Source: an uncultured Bacilli bacterium (GTDB lineage Bacteria; Bacillota_I; Bacilli_A; RF39; UBA660). Taken from it: DNA of 64,000 bases. The translations under genes were made by a program, and so were the position numbers. The stretch spans positions 14,814 through 78,813 of the forward strand of contig CALVOU010000001.1 in the NCBI GenBank assembly GCA_944350365.1, in the 5' to 3' direction. This document shows positions 42,815 to 52,368 of this stretch, piece by piece. Each line of letters opens with the position of its first letter. Within the stretch, counting starts at the first letter, position 1. The notes beneath the pieces are model-generated. The model did no database searches. It was not told where the DNA came from and saw nothing but the letters and a program-made list of their open reading frames with translations.

Positions 42815-44188
42815 TTATACGATTTCTTTCTTCAATTTTTCGATAATATTCGCAAGCTCTTGGTTAGTTTGCATCTCCTTCTCTACTTTTTCGACAGAAT
42901 GCATTACTGTGGAATGATCTTTTCCACCAAATTCTATACCAATCTTAGGAAAAGATTCGTTGGTGAGTTTTCTACAGAGATACATCGCAACTTGTCGTGG
43001 AAATGCTAGATTTGCACTTCTCTTTTTACTTTTCATGTCGTCGACCGATATCTGGAAGTGTTCTGCAACAATTCTTTGAATCCGATTGATATTATTTTTC
43101 TCACTATATCCTTTATTTACATAGTCTTTTAATACCTCTATTGCTAGATCTAAGGTAATGTCAGCTCCTCCCATAATCGTAGAATAAGCAAGTAGTCTGG
43201 TAATAGACCCCTCTAGATGTCTAACGTCACTACCCACATTAGAAGCTATATAGTCTATTACATCATCTGGAATATTCTTATCGATAGAGTCCCCAATGAT
43301 TTTCTTTTTTATTATTGCTACCCTAAGTTCAAAGTCTGGTGGATAAATATCTGCTGTTAAGCCCCAACAAAACCTAGTTCTAAGTCTATCTTCTAATAAT
43401 TTTAAATCATCCGGAGATCGATCTGAGGAAATAATAATCTGTTTATTTTCATTATATAAGGTAGTAAAAGTGTGGAAAAATTCATTTTGTGTTTGCGTAG
43501 CTCCCTGAAAAAACTGAATATCATCGATAATTAGTACATCAATATTTCTATATTTATCTTTAAAATAACTGACATAATCGAAGTTTTGCCCAAATTCATC
43601 TTTCTTATTAATCCCTAAAAAATCATTAATAAATTGATCACTTGGTACATATAATACTTTTTTATTAGAATGTTGCTCGATATAATTGCCAATAGCATGC
43701 ATCAGATGGGTTTTCCCTAACCCACTATTTCCGTAGATAAATAAAGGATTATATATATTCCCAGGATTCTCTGCGACATCCATTGCCGCTGCTTGTGCGA
43801 ACTTATTACTATTTCCCACAATAAAATTGTCGAATGTATAATTAGGATTTAAATTAGACTGGTGTCGTCTTTCTGGCTTCTCTCCAAGAGTTACTTCCCT
43901 ATTTTCTATTGGTTTTTGTTCTGGAGGTTTTCCTTCTTCTAGTTCTTCTTTTAGATAAAACTGAATATCTACATTATCTCCAATAATTTCACTCAATGTA
44001 TTTACAATCAAGTCGTAGTATTTAGTTGCTAGATGCCTTTTAAACATCCCCATCGGCACAATGATTTTAGCTACTCCATCTTTATATTCATATAGCTCAG
44101 TATCTTTAAACCAAGTATTATAAGAAAGAGGAGTCATTTCGTTTTGAATACTATTTAAAAAGTTTGACCAAATCATTTTAACATTCAT
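42815..44188 (-). CDS. dnaA: Chromosomal replication initiator DnaA
   Basis: It has an AAA+ Walker A (GNSGLGKTHL), a DnaA-box-binding C-terminal domain and a GGAGGAG RBS. The likely start is MNVKMIWSNF at 44188. The listed ORF extends to 44281 across the DnaA-box region. Confidence 0.95.
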   Translation of the reverse strand: MNVKMIWSNFLNSIQNEMTPLSYNTWFKDTELYEYKDGVAKIIVPMGMFKRHLATKYYDLIVNTLSEIIGDNVDIQFYLKEELEEGKPPEQKPIENREVTLGEKPERRHQSNLNPNYTFDNFIVGNSNKFAQAAAMDVAENPGNIYNPLFIYGNSGLGKTHLMHAIGNYIEQHSNKKVLYVPSDQFINDFLGINKKDEFGQNFDYVSYFKDKYRNIDVLIIDDIQFFQGATQTQNEFFHTFTTLYNENKQIIISSDRSPDDLKLLEDRLRTRFCWGLTADIYPPDFELRVAIIKKKIIGDSIDKNIPDDVIDYIASNVGSDVRHLEGSITRLLAYSTIMGGADITLDLAIEVLKDYVNKGYSEKNNINRIQRIVAEHFQISVDDMKSKKRSANLAFPRQVAMYLCRKLTNESFPKIGIEFGGKDHSTVMHSVEKVEKEMQTNQELANIIEKLKKEIV

Positions 44189-44229
44189 ACTACTCCTCCT
44201 ACTTCTAACAAATTGCAAGAAATATTGTA

Positions 44230-44430
44230 ACGTAAAACTGTGGAAAAATAAACTACCAATTTTAAAAAAATTTAAATCCACAGCTAATCCACAAGTAATT
44301 CACAGATTTATCCACAATATTTTCTTAGAAAATAAAAAAGGAATCGCGATTTATCCACAATTTAGAAAAAACACAATTCACATAGTGGAAAAAGTTATCA
44401 ACACCCTGTGGAAACTGTGGAAAAATGGAA
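44230..44430. promoter_or_regulatory. oriC DnaA-box cluster upstream of dnaA
   Basis: Perfect boxes lie at 44308-44316 and 44351-44359. Several 1-2 mismatch boxes are present in both orientations (44239, 44276, 44286, 44385, 44407, 44416). Confidence 0.7.
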
Positions 44431-44454
44431 AAACAAATTAATTTTAGATATCGG

Positions 44455-44483
44455 TTGACAAACTAGGTTAATTTTATTATACT
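44455..44483 (+). promoter_or_regulatory. Sigma-A-type promoter of rpmH
   Basis: TTGACA (44455-44460), a 17-bp spacer, then TATACT (44478-44483). A GGAGGTGG RBS lies before the rpmH ATG. Confidence 0.45.
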
Positions 44484-44513
44484 AATGTAGATTTTATGTC
44501 TGGAGGTGGAATT

Positions 44514-44636
44514 ATGAAGAGAACTTATCAACCTAATAATAGAAAAATGAAAAAGAAACATGGATTTTTTGCTCGTGTGAAATCTAAAGTTTTAAATAAT
44601 CGTAGAGCGAAAGGTCGTAAAAGATTATCAAAGTAA
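44514..44636 (+). CDS. rpmH: 50S ribosomal protein L34
   Basis: 40 aa: [40 protein letters not shown]. It is not in the ORF track because it is under 60 aa. Its position between dnaA and rnpA is canonical. Confidence 0.9.
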   Translation: MKRTYQPNNRKMKKKHGFFARVKSKVLNNRRAKGRKRLSK

Positions 44637-44638
44637 AT

Positions 44639-44662
44639 GCCACTGCTTACAGTGGTTTTTTG
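44639..44662 (+). terminator. Rho-independent terminator after rpmH
   Basis: A CCACTG-cttaca-CAGTGG hairpin is followed by TTTTTTG. Confidence 0.5.
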
Positions 44663-44694
44663 TTCTTATTCTTATATAGTGAGTAGGGTTAAAA

Positions 44695-45033
44695 ATGAAA
44701 AAATACGAAGTTGTAAAAGAAAATAGAGATTTTCAAAAAATAATCGAGCAGGGGAACTGTCAGAAAAATCGTCACTTAATCATATATTATATAGAAAATT
44801 CTGTTGAAAATAACCGCTTTGGCATCTCGGTGGGAAAAAAGATCGGTAACGCAGTAACCAGGAATAAATGGAAGAGAAGATTAAGAAGTATTATTGATAA
44901 ATATAAAAAACTATACCAAAATCATCGAGATTATATTATAATATTAAGAAAGAACTGTCATAACTTAGATTTTCAAGAATTAGAAGATAGTTTCTTGCAA
45001 TTATTTGAAAAAGTAAATAAAGAACCCAGATAA
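44695..45033 (+). CDS. rnpA: RNase P protein component
   Basis: 112 aa basic protein with the RNR-motif region (FGISVGKKIGNAVTRNKWKRRLR). Confidence 0.85.
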   Translation: MKKYEVVKENRDFQKIIEQGNCQKNRHLIIYYIENSVENNRFGISVGKKIGNAVTRNKWKRRLRSIIDKYKKLYQNHRDYIIILRKNCHNLDFQELEDSFLQLFEKVNKEPR

Positions 45034-45036
45034 GGA

Positions 45037-45963
45037 GTGTCTATGAAATATAAAAATAAATTAATCATCTTACTTGTAGCTGTTCTTTTGTTTACAGGAT
45101 GTACAACTACTTTGAAAACAGAAGATAAAAAAGTAGTAAAGAATCCTGAAACTGGTCAAAGTTTAACGGCAAACATATTATGTAAACCAAGTAATGAAGA
45201 AACAATAAAAGCTTATGAAGAGAACGGTGTAGATCTTGCAGCATTACCAAAATGTACAGAATTTAGTGTGACGAGTGGGGGATACGAGGGTTTATGGACA
45301 TCATTATTTGTAAAACCACTAGCATTTATTATCCTGTTCATTATGAAGTTTGTAAAAAGTGCGGGACTTGCTTTGATTTTAACTAGCTTAGCTTTGAGAT
45401 TGATTCTATATCCTGTTACGAAAAAAACAGCTATGCAATCAGAACTAATCAAAAAAGCGAAACCGGATCTTGATCGTTTAGAAAAAAAATATAAAGATAA
45501 AACAGATCAGGACTCTCTGATGAGAAAGAGTCAAGAGATGACAATGATCTATAAAAAATATAATATTAATCCAATTTCTGGATGCCTATATTCTTTTATT
45601 CAACTTCCATTGTTCATCGCCTTCTTAGAAGCAATAAATCGTGTGCCAGCTTTATTTGAAGAGACTTTCTTAACTCTACAATTAGGAACAACACCATCAG
45701 TTGGATTGTTTACGAATGGGAATATTGCTTATATAATCTTAATTATTCTTGTAGGAGTAACTACTTATTTCTCCTTTAACTTAAATAAAACAACCGCTCA
45801 AACACAAGATGATCCAATGAAAAATATGACTAATATTATGACAGGTATGATCGTCGTAATGGCATTCTTTATGCCAGCAGCCCTATGTGTCTACTGGATT
45901 ACGACAAATGCCTTTACTATAGCGCAGAATTTAATTGTAAAAAGGAGTAAAGAAGTATGCTAG
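45037..45963 (+). CDS. yidC: Membrane protein insertase YidC/SpoIIIJ/OxaA (lipoprotein type)
   Basis: 308 aa. It has a lipobox (LFTGCTT) and a 5-TM YidC core. It follows rnpA. Confidence 0.85.
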   Translation: MSMKYKNKLIILLVAVLLFTGCTTTLKTEDKKVVKNPETGQSLTANILCKPSNEETIKAYEENGVDLAALPKCTEFSVTSGGYEGLWTSLFVKPLAFIILFIMKFVKSAGLALILTSLALRLILYPVTKKTAMQSELIKKAKPDLDRLEKKYKDKTDQDSLMRKSQEMTMIYKKYNINPISGCLYSFIQLPLFIAFLEAINRVPALFEETFLTLQLGTTPSVGLFTNGNIAYIILIILVGVTTYFSFNLNKTTAQTQDDPMKNMTNIMTGMIVVMAFFMPAALCVYWITTNAFTIAQNLIVKRSKEVC

Positions 45964-46577
45964 AAATGATCGTAAAAAGTAAATATACTGGAAAAACCAA
46001 GGAAGAGGCTATTAATCAAGCTAAGTTGTCTCTTCAGGAAACAGAAAATAATCTTTATATTCGAGAACTAGAAACAAAAACGGGGCTTTTTGGAAAAAAA
46101 GTAGAAATAGAAGTCATTTGTCGTGATGATTTAATCACATATGTAAAAAATTTCTTAAAACAATTAATCGAGAATATAGGATTAAGTGCTAATCTCGAAG
46201 TAAAAAAAAGAGAGGATACAGTATTATTTACGATTTACTCCGATCATAATTCGATTCTAATAGGAAAAAATGGTAGAACGTTAGACGCAATAACCACAAT
46301 TACTAAACAAATGATTCAAAACCTACTCAATCGTCCATTCCATTTTACGATTGATATTGGGGAATATAAAAAACAACATGAAGAACGCCTAATTCGTTTA
46401 GCAAAAAGAATAGCCAAAGAGGTAGCTTCGTCCAAAATCGAAGCCAAATTAGATCCAATGAACTCTTATGAACGAAGAATTATTCATACTACCTTAGCGG
46501 AAGATAATAGGGTGAGAACAGAAAGTGAAGGGGAAGAACCTAATCGTTATGTTGTCATCAAACCTAAAGAAGACTAA
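45957..46577 (+). CDS. jag: Jag/KhpB RNA-binding protein (KH plus R3H)
   Basis: 206 aa. It has a C-terminal R3H motif (YERRIIHTTLA) and overlaps the yidC stop. Confidence 0.8.
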   Translation: MLEMIVKSKYTGKTKEEAINQAKLSLQETENNLYIRELETKTGLFGKKVEIEVICRDDLITYVKNFLKQLIENIGLSANLEVKKREDTVLFTIYSDHNSILIGKNGRTLDAITTITKQMIQNLLNRPFHFTIDIGEYKKQHEERLIRLAKRIAKEVASSKIEAKLDPMNSYERRIIHTTLAEDNRVRTESEGEEPNRYVVIKPKED

Positions 46578-46651
46578 ACTAGTTTAGACTAGTTTTTTCA
46601 TTTGAAAAAATGTATGCAAAAATCATAAATTAGTTTTTAATAGCCCAAATT

Positions 46652-46665
46652 ATTACCTGGGAAAT
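46652..46665. promoter_or_regulatory. Degenerate NBS-like palindrome ATTACCTGGGAAAT upstream of mnmE
   Basis: A 12/14 match to ATTTCCCGGGAAAT in the jag-mnmE intergenic region. Confidence 0.25.
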
Positions 46666-46765
46666 AATTTCTATCTCAAAATTAGGAATTTTAATTAGGA
46701 AATAAGGGGTAAAATTTCTGTGATATAATAGATACACAAGAAACGAAAGAAAAGAGGAGTAGAAT

Positions 46766-48121
46766 ATGAATGATACGATAGCTGCTATTTCCACCGCTCA
46801 AGGAGTAGGGGCAATATCGATTATTAGAGTAAGTGGATCAGACGCTTTTTCGATAGTCAATAAAGTGTTTACCGGAAAAGATTTGACTAATGTACCTAGT
46901 CATACTATTCACTATGGAAAAATCGTTGATCAAACCGAAGTGATCGATGAAGTATTAGTTAGCGTAATGAAGGCACCCAAAACGTTTACTCGTGAAGATA
47001 TTGTCGAAATTAACTGTCACGGTGGGATAGCTTCTACTAATAAAGTACTAGAGTTAATATTAAGAAACGGGGCAAGATTGGCAGAAGCGGGAGAATTTAC
47101 TAAACGTGCCTTTCTAAATGGAAGAATTGATTTAACTGAAGCAGAATCCATTATGGATTTAATCTCATCCAAAACGGAAGCGAGTCGAAAAGTAGCAATT
47201 AAAGGTCTAACTGGACATATTAGCCATTTAATTCGCTCTTTAAGGCAGGAAATATTAGAACTGTTAGCTTCTATTGAAGTGAACATTGATTATCCTGAAT
47301 ATGAAGATGCAGTTGAGATGACGAATGATAAAGTAGCTCCAGCTATCCAATCAATCAAAACTAAGTTACACCATATCATTGAAGAATCGGAGAATGGCAG
47401 AATTTTAACTAGCGGAATAAAAACAGTAATTATTGGAAAACCTAATGTCGGAAAAAGTAGTATTCTAAATCGACTATTAGATGAAGATAAAGCTATAGTT
47501 ACCGCAATTGAAGGAACTACTAGAGATACTGTAGAAGGACAAATTACGATTAAAGGGGTAGCCTTAAATTTAATCGATACAGCGGGTATTCATGAAACCG
47601 AAGATTTAGTAGAAAAAATTGGCGTAGATAAAAGCTTACGATTAATCGAAGAAGCTGATTTAGTGATATTAGTGCTTAATCAAAATGAAAAATTAAGTGC
47701 TGAAGATAGGAAAATATTATCTGTTTGTCAAAACAAGAAGACAATTGTAGTATTGAATAAAAGTGATTTAGAAAAAAGAATCGAAGAGGAAGAAATTCCC
47801 TATTCAGAAATCATTCATACGAATACACTTGATGAAAATGGAGTTGAACCATTAAAAGAAAAGATTAGCGAACTTTTTCATCTTGAACAACTCCAAAGTC
47901 AAGATGATTCTTATTTAAGTAATATTCGACAAATTTCTCTTACCAAAGAAGCACTTTCGATTTTAGAAGAAGTTACAGTCGGGGTTCAACAAGAAGTACC
48001 CGTTGATATGATCGAAATCGATATCAAACGCGCATGGGAAAAATTAGGCGAAATTATCGGAGAGACGTATACCGAAGAATTAATTGATCAGTTATTTAGT
48101 CAATTTTGCTTAGGAAAATAG
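46766..48121 (+). CDS. mnmE: tRNA modification GTPase MnmE
   Basis: 451 aa. It has a G-domain (GKPNVGKSS) and ends with the C-terminal CxGK-type motif (CLGK). Confidence 0.9.
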   Translation: MNDTIAAISTAQGVGAISIIRVSGSDAFSIVNKVFTGKDLTNVPSHTIHYGKIVDQTEVIDEVLVSVMKAPKTFTREDIVEINCHGGIASTNKVLELILRNGARLAEAGEFTKRAFLNGRIDLTEAESIMDLISSKTEASRKVAIKGLTGHISHLIRSLRQEILELLASIEVNIDYPEYEDAVEMTNDKVAPAIQSIKTKLHHIIEESENGRILTSGIKTVIIGKPNVGKSSILNRLLDEDKAIVTAIEGTTRDTVEGQITIKGVALNLIDTAGIHETEDLVEKIGVDKSLRLIEEADLVILVLNQNEKLSAEDRKILSVCQNKKTIVVLNKSDLEKRIEEEEIPYSEIIHTNTLDENGVEPLKEKISELFHLEQLQSQDDSYLSNIRQISLTKEALSILEEVTVGVQQEVPVDMIEIDIKRAWEKLGEIIGETYTEELIDQLFSQFCLGK

Positions 48122-48181
48122 AAATATTCATAGCAAAAATTGATTTCATATAACATTTTTTCTTATTTAAACGCAGAAATT

Positions 48182-48195
48182 ATTTCCCGGGAAAT
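48182..48195. promoter_or_regulatory. Isolated perfect NBS palindrome ATTTCCCGGGAAAT in the mnmG promoter region
   Basis: It lies about 30-45 bp upstream of TATAAT-like elements (48213-48230) that precede mnmG. Confidence 0.5.
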
Positions 48196-48250
48196 AATTT
48201 TCTTCTTTCTATAATAAAAATATAGTATAATATGAAACGGTAAAAAGGAA

Positions 48251-50119
48251 GTGATTTTGGTGAACTACGAAATTATTGTCGTTGGTGGTGGACATGCTGG
48301 ATGTGAAGCAGCCTTGGCTTCGGCACGTCTTGGTCATGAAACCTTGCTAATCACCGGAAATAAAAAAAATATAGCGGACATGCCTTGTAATCCATCAATT
48401 GGAGGACCAGCTAAAGGAATTATTGTAAGAGAAATTGATGCTTTAGGTGGCGAAATGGCCAATACAATTGATCATTCTTGCTTACAAGTTAAAATGTTAA
48501 ATACGAAAAAAGGCCCAGCTGTTAGAGCTTTAAGAGCCCAAGCAGATAAAATAACATATCCTAAAGTAATGTTAGCTACTCTAGAAAATCAAGAAAATTT
48601 AACAATCTTAGAGGCTATGGTAGAAGATTTAATGGTTGAAGAAGAAAAAATAAGAGGGGTAATTCTTTCAAATGGTGAAAAGATTGCCTCCCAAGCAGTT
48701 ATTTTAACAACCGGTACCTATCTAAAAGCAACGGTTCTAAGAGGCTCGTCAAAAACGACAAGTGGTCCTCATGGGGAAAAACCATCTCAGCATTTAAGTG
48801 ATAATTTAAAAAAAATAGGTTTTACAATTCAACGGTTAAAAACAGGAACACCTCCTAGAATCGAGAAAAGTACAATTGATTATTCAAAGGCTAGCCTAGA
48901 ACCAGGCGACAATATTGGTTATACCTTTTCTTTTGATAATGAGCCATTATACAAAGTAGATGACCAAATTCCTTGTCATTTGATTTATACAACCCCAGAA
49001 ACCCATAAAATTATTTTAGATAACTTAGAAAAATCTAGTATGTATGGGGGATATGTAGAAGGAATTGGTCCAAGATACTGTCCGTCTATCGAAGATAAAA
49101 TTGTTCGTTTTAAAGATAAAGAACGCCATCAATTATTCTTAGAACCAGAAAGTATTTACTACGACGATATTTATATTCAAGGTTTTTCGACAAGTATGCC
49201 TGAAGATATCCAAGAACAAATGGTACATAGCTTACCAGGCATGGAACATGCGAAAATATTAAAATATGCTTATGCTATTGAATATGATGCGATTGACCCT
49301 CTTCAATTGAAGCAATCTCTAGAAACTAAGTTAATTGATAATTTATATACTGCCGGTCAGATTAATGGAACAAGTGGTTATGAAGAAGCGGCAGGCCAAG
49401 GTTTAATGGCAGGAATTAATGCTTCCTTAAAACTAGAAGGAAGGGAACCTTTAATTCTAAAAAGAAATGAAGCTTATATTGGCGTTCTAATCGATGATTT
49501 AGTAACCAAAGGGACAAAAGAACCATACCGTATGTTAACGTCTCGTGCCGAATATCGATTACTTCTACGTCATGATAATGCTGATTTAAGACTTCGTGAT
49601 TATGGAAGAGAAGTTGGTTTAATTACCGATGAAAAATATAAAAAGTTTGTGGCTAAAAAAGAAGCTATCCAACAACTAAAATCAACGCTTCAACAAATCA
49701 AATTAACACCAACTGAAGAAGTAAATCGCGAGCTTATCGCTTTAAATTCTGCGCCATTATCTGACGGAATTACTTTATATGATTTACTAAAAAGAACAGA
49801 AATTACCCTCGATAAACTCCAAAAGTATCTTCCAGAATCCTATTCGAAAGAAGTAGAAGAGCAGGTAGAAATACAAATAAAATATGAGGGATATATAAAA
49901 AAGGCCAATCGTGAAGCAGAAAAAATGTTAGATTTAGAGAAGTTAAAAATACCAGAAGATATCGATTATCAACAAGTACATAACTTAGCTAGCGAAGCCT
50001 TACAAAAATTATCAGCTGTTCGTCCTTCAACAATTGCTCAAGCATCACGAATCAGTGGGGTAAATCCGGCCGATATCTCAATTTTAATGATCTATTTAAA
50101 AAAGGAACATAAGTTATGA
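48251..50119 (+). CDS. mnmG: tRNA uridine 5-carboxymethylaminomethyl modification enzyme MnmG
   Basis: It has an FAD-binding [10 protein letters not shown] motif. The real start is probably the GTG at 48260 (AGGAAG RBS). Confidence 0.9.
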   Translation: MILVNYEIIVVGGGHAGCEAALASARLGHETLLITGNKKNIADMPCNPSIGGPAKGIIVREIDALGGEMANTIDHSCLQVKMLNTKKGPAVRALRAQADKITYPKVMLATLENQENLTILEAMVEDLMVEEEKIRGVILSNGEKIASQAVILTTGTYLKATVLRGSSKTTSGPHGEKPSQHLSDNLKKIGFTIQRLKTGTPPRIEKSTIDYSKASLEPGDNIGYTFSFDNEPLYKVDDQIPCHLIYTTPETHKIILDNLEKSSMYGGYVEGIGPRYCPSIEDKIVRFKDKERHQLFLEPESIYYDDIYIQGFSTSMPEDIQEQMVHSLPGMEHAKILKYAYAIEYDAIDPLQLKQSLETKLIDNLYTAGQINGTSGYEEAAGQGLMAGINASLKLEGREPLILKRNEAYIGVLIDDLVTKGTKEPYRMLTSRAEYRLLLRHDNADLRLRDYGREVGLITDEKYKKFVAKKEAIQQLKSTLQQIKLTPTEEVNRELIALNSAPLSDGITLYDLLKRTEITLDKLQKYLPESYSKEVEEQVEIQIKYEGYIKKANREAEKMLDLEKLKIPEDIDYQQVHNLASEALQKLSAVRPSTIAQASRISGVNPADISILMIYLKKEHKL

Positions 50120-50802
50120 ATATAGAAGTATTTAAAGAAGAAGTAAAAAAGCTAGGAATTTCTTTGACTCATGATCAACTGGATCAGTTAGCATTATTTT
50201 ATCAATTACTATTATCATGGAATGAAAAGATGAATTTAACGAGAATAACTAACCAAGAAGAAGTATATCTCAAGCATTTTTATGACAGTTTAACCATATA
50301 TAAAGAAGTAAAATTAGAAACCGTTGATACATTATGTGATATAGGAAGTGGAGCTGGATTTCCTGGGATTGTCTTAAAAATCGCATTTCCTAATCTTAAT
50401 ATCACTCTAATTGATTCTCTTCAAAAGAGAGTGAATTACTTGAATGAAATAATTAACGAACTAAAACTATCTAATATTAGAGCAATTCATACGAGAGCTG
50501 AAGATTATGCACGAGTAAACAGGGAAAAATATCAGATTGTTACCGCAAGAGCAGTGGCTAACTTAAAAGTATTATCTGAATTATGTCTTCCTCTTGTCAA
50601 AGAAAATGGCTATTTTATTGCAATGAAGGGAAATATCGACGAAGAATTAGCTGAAGCAAGAGCGATGATTGGTACATTAGGTGGAAAAATTGAAGATATT
50701 TATGAGTTCAATTTACCAATAGAAGAAAGCCATCGTACATTGATAAAAATAAAAAAGGAAAAGAAAACAGATAAGATGTATCCTAGAAAAAAAATAAAAT
50801 AG
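50116..50802 (+). CDS. rsmG: 16S rRNA (guanine527-N7)-methyltransferase
   Basis: 228 aa with a SAM motif ([11 protein letters not shown]). It overlaps the mnmG stop (ATGA). Confidence 0.85.
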   Translation: MNIEVFKEEVKKLGISLTHDQLDQLALFYQLLLSWNEKMNLTRITNQEEVYLKHFYDSLTIYKEVKLETVDTLCDIGSGAGFPGIVLKIAFPNLNITLIDSLQKRVNYLNEIINELKLSNIRAIHTRAEDYARVNREKYQIVTARAVANLKVLSELCLPLVKENGYFIAMKGNIDEELAEARAMIGTLGGKIEDIYEFNLPIEESHRTLIKIKKEKKTDKMYPRKKIK

Positions 50803-50820
50803 GGGAGTAAAAGAAATAAA

Positions 50821-52260
50821 ATGTTAAAGTATTATAAAAATGTCGTAAAATACAATGAAGATGTTTGTTATGGCGTTGGAATCATAACCGGTTGGAAATC
50901 TACCGATATGATTTTGGATAGTTTAAGTGAAGAAGTAAAGCGCAAAATAGTAACTTGTGGGAACTTATATACAAAAAACGGAATCAATTATATTATTGCC
51001 AATTTATTTTTAAATCCCCAGATTACAGAATTAATCGTTTTAGAAGATTCTTCTTTACAAAATGAAATGGCGGAAGGAATAACTGCTCTTTTAGAATTCT
51101 TAACCACTAACGAATTAACATTTGAATCAAAATTTCAATTCACTGAAGAAAATTTAACGCAATTTACGAAATATTTTAAAGATCATATTAGAGTAGTAAA
51201 AAGGCAAGATCTAGAGCAACAACTTAAACAAATTGATATTCCAGAAAAAGATTGGTGTAAAATTACCGAAATAAAAGAAAATCCATTAGAACTCCAGCAT
51301 CAGATTCCAAGTGAAAAGGTAGGCTTTACGGTAAGAGCCAATACCGCTTATGAAGCATGGAATCGAGCGTTAAAATTAATCCATACTTATGGCTATTTAA
51401 AACCATCTGATTATGATGAGAATCAATTAGAATTAATCAACTTATCGATTATTGTTAGAAACGAGGATTTAGCTAACCCCAGTATGGCCGGAGTAATTGA
51501 TATCACTCGGGAAGAATTAGAAGAATATGAGAAAAATATTCTTTCTAAAGAAAGACCAGACGGAGTAAAGTATACATATGGAAGTCGTTATCGAGATCAA
51601 AATGGGAAAGACCAATTTCAATATATGGTAGATACCTTAAAAGATAAGCCATTTTCTAGAAGGGCGGTTGCTACTCTTTGGGTTCCTACTATCGACATCG
51701 AGGAAGACGAAGTTCCCTGCCTTGACTTATATCAAGCGATTATTGAAGGAGAATATCTCCATCTTCTTACTTATATTCGAGCAAACGATGTCTATAATGG
51801 TTGGCCGAGAAATATCTATGGCATTTTAAAAATTCAAGAAGAATTATGCCAACGTCTTGGCTATCAAAAAGGATACGTAAATACCATTGCCGGAAGTGCT
51901 CATGTTTATGGGAGAAATTTTGATGATTTAGAAAAAAAATTCAATGAGAAAGAGGTATCCTTTTGTGACGAAGACGAAAGAGGATATTTTACGGTAACGA
52001 TAGAAAACAACCTAATTCAAGTTACTTTCTATAGTATAACAGGACAAGAACTCCGCAGATTTACAGGCACGAGTGCTACAGAATTAAGAAATAAATGTAC
52101 TCTTTATATAAGTAACATCGATCATGCTTTCTATTTAGGACAAGAGTTAATGAAAGCTGAGTTGGCACTTAAAAATCAACTATTCTATGTACAAGATCAA
52201 TCATTAGATTTAAAATCAAAACAGAAAACATTAAGTAATCCACTAAAATTTAATGATTAA
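50821..52260 (+). CDS. Thymidylate-synthase-fold protein with a roughly 160-aa N-terminal extension
   Basis: Residues from about 165 to 430 align with the ThyA core. The Cys-loop is PCLDLYQ (PCH in canonical ThyA). IRANDVYNGWPRNIYG matches QRSCDVFLGLPFNIAS, with Arg, Asp and Asn conserved. GSAHVYG matches GDTHLY. Confidence 0.55.
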   Translation: MLKYYKNVVKYNEDVCYGVGIITGWKSTDMILDSLSEEVKRKIVTCGNLYTKNGINYIIANLFLNPQITELIVLEDSSLQNEMAEGITALLEFLTTNELTFESKFQFTEENLTQFTKYFKDHIRVVKRQDLEQQLKQIDIPEKDWCKITEIKENPLELQHQIPSEKVGFTVRANTAYEAWNRALKLIHTYGYLKPSDYDENQLELINLSIIVRNEDLANPSMAGVIDITREELEEYEKNILSKERPDGVKYTYGSRYRDQNGKDQFQYMVDTLKDKPFSRRAVATLWVPTIDIEEDEVPCLDLYQAIIEGEYLHLLTYIRANDVYNGWPRNIYGILKIQEELCQRLGYQKGYVNTIAGSAHVYGRNFDDLEKKFNEKEVSFCDEDERGYFTVTIENNLIQVTFYSITGQELRRFTGTSATELRNKCTLYISNIDHAFYLGQELMKAELALKNQLFYVQDQSLDLKSKQKTLSNPLKFND

Positions 52261-52368
52261 ATTACCTAGTAGTCAAAGGAAAATTTGCCTTTATTCTTGT
52301 TTAGTTAAAAAAATATGGTATAATGAATATGATGAAGAATAATACAAGAATGAAAAGAGGGTTAATTT

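Noticed and set aside
44189-44281. N-terminal 31-aa extension of the dnaA ORF
   Set aside because: It runs across DnaA boxes of oriC. MNVKMIW at 44188 has a GGAGGAG RBS and a canonical DnaA N-terminus.
50821-52260. Calling this ORF canonical housekeeping thyA
   Set aside because: The TS fold is evident. The roughly 160-aa N-terminal extension and divergent active-site neighbourhood (PCL instead of PCH) argue against a confident thyA assignment without profile or structural confirmation.
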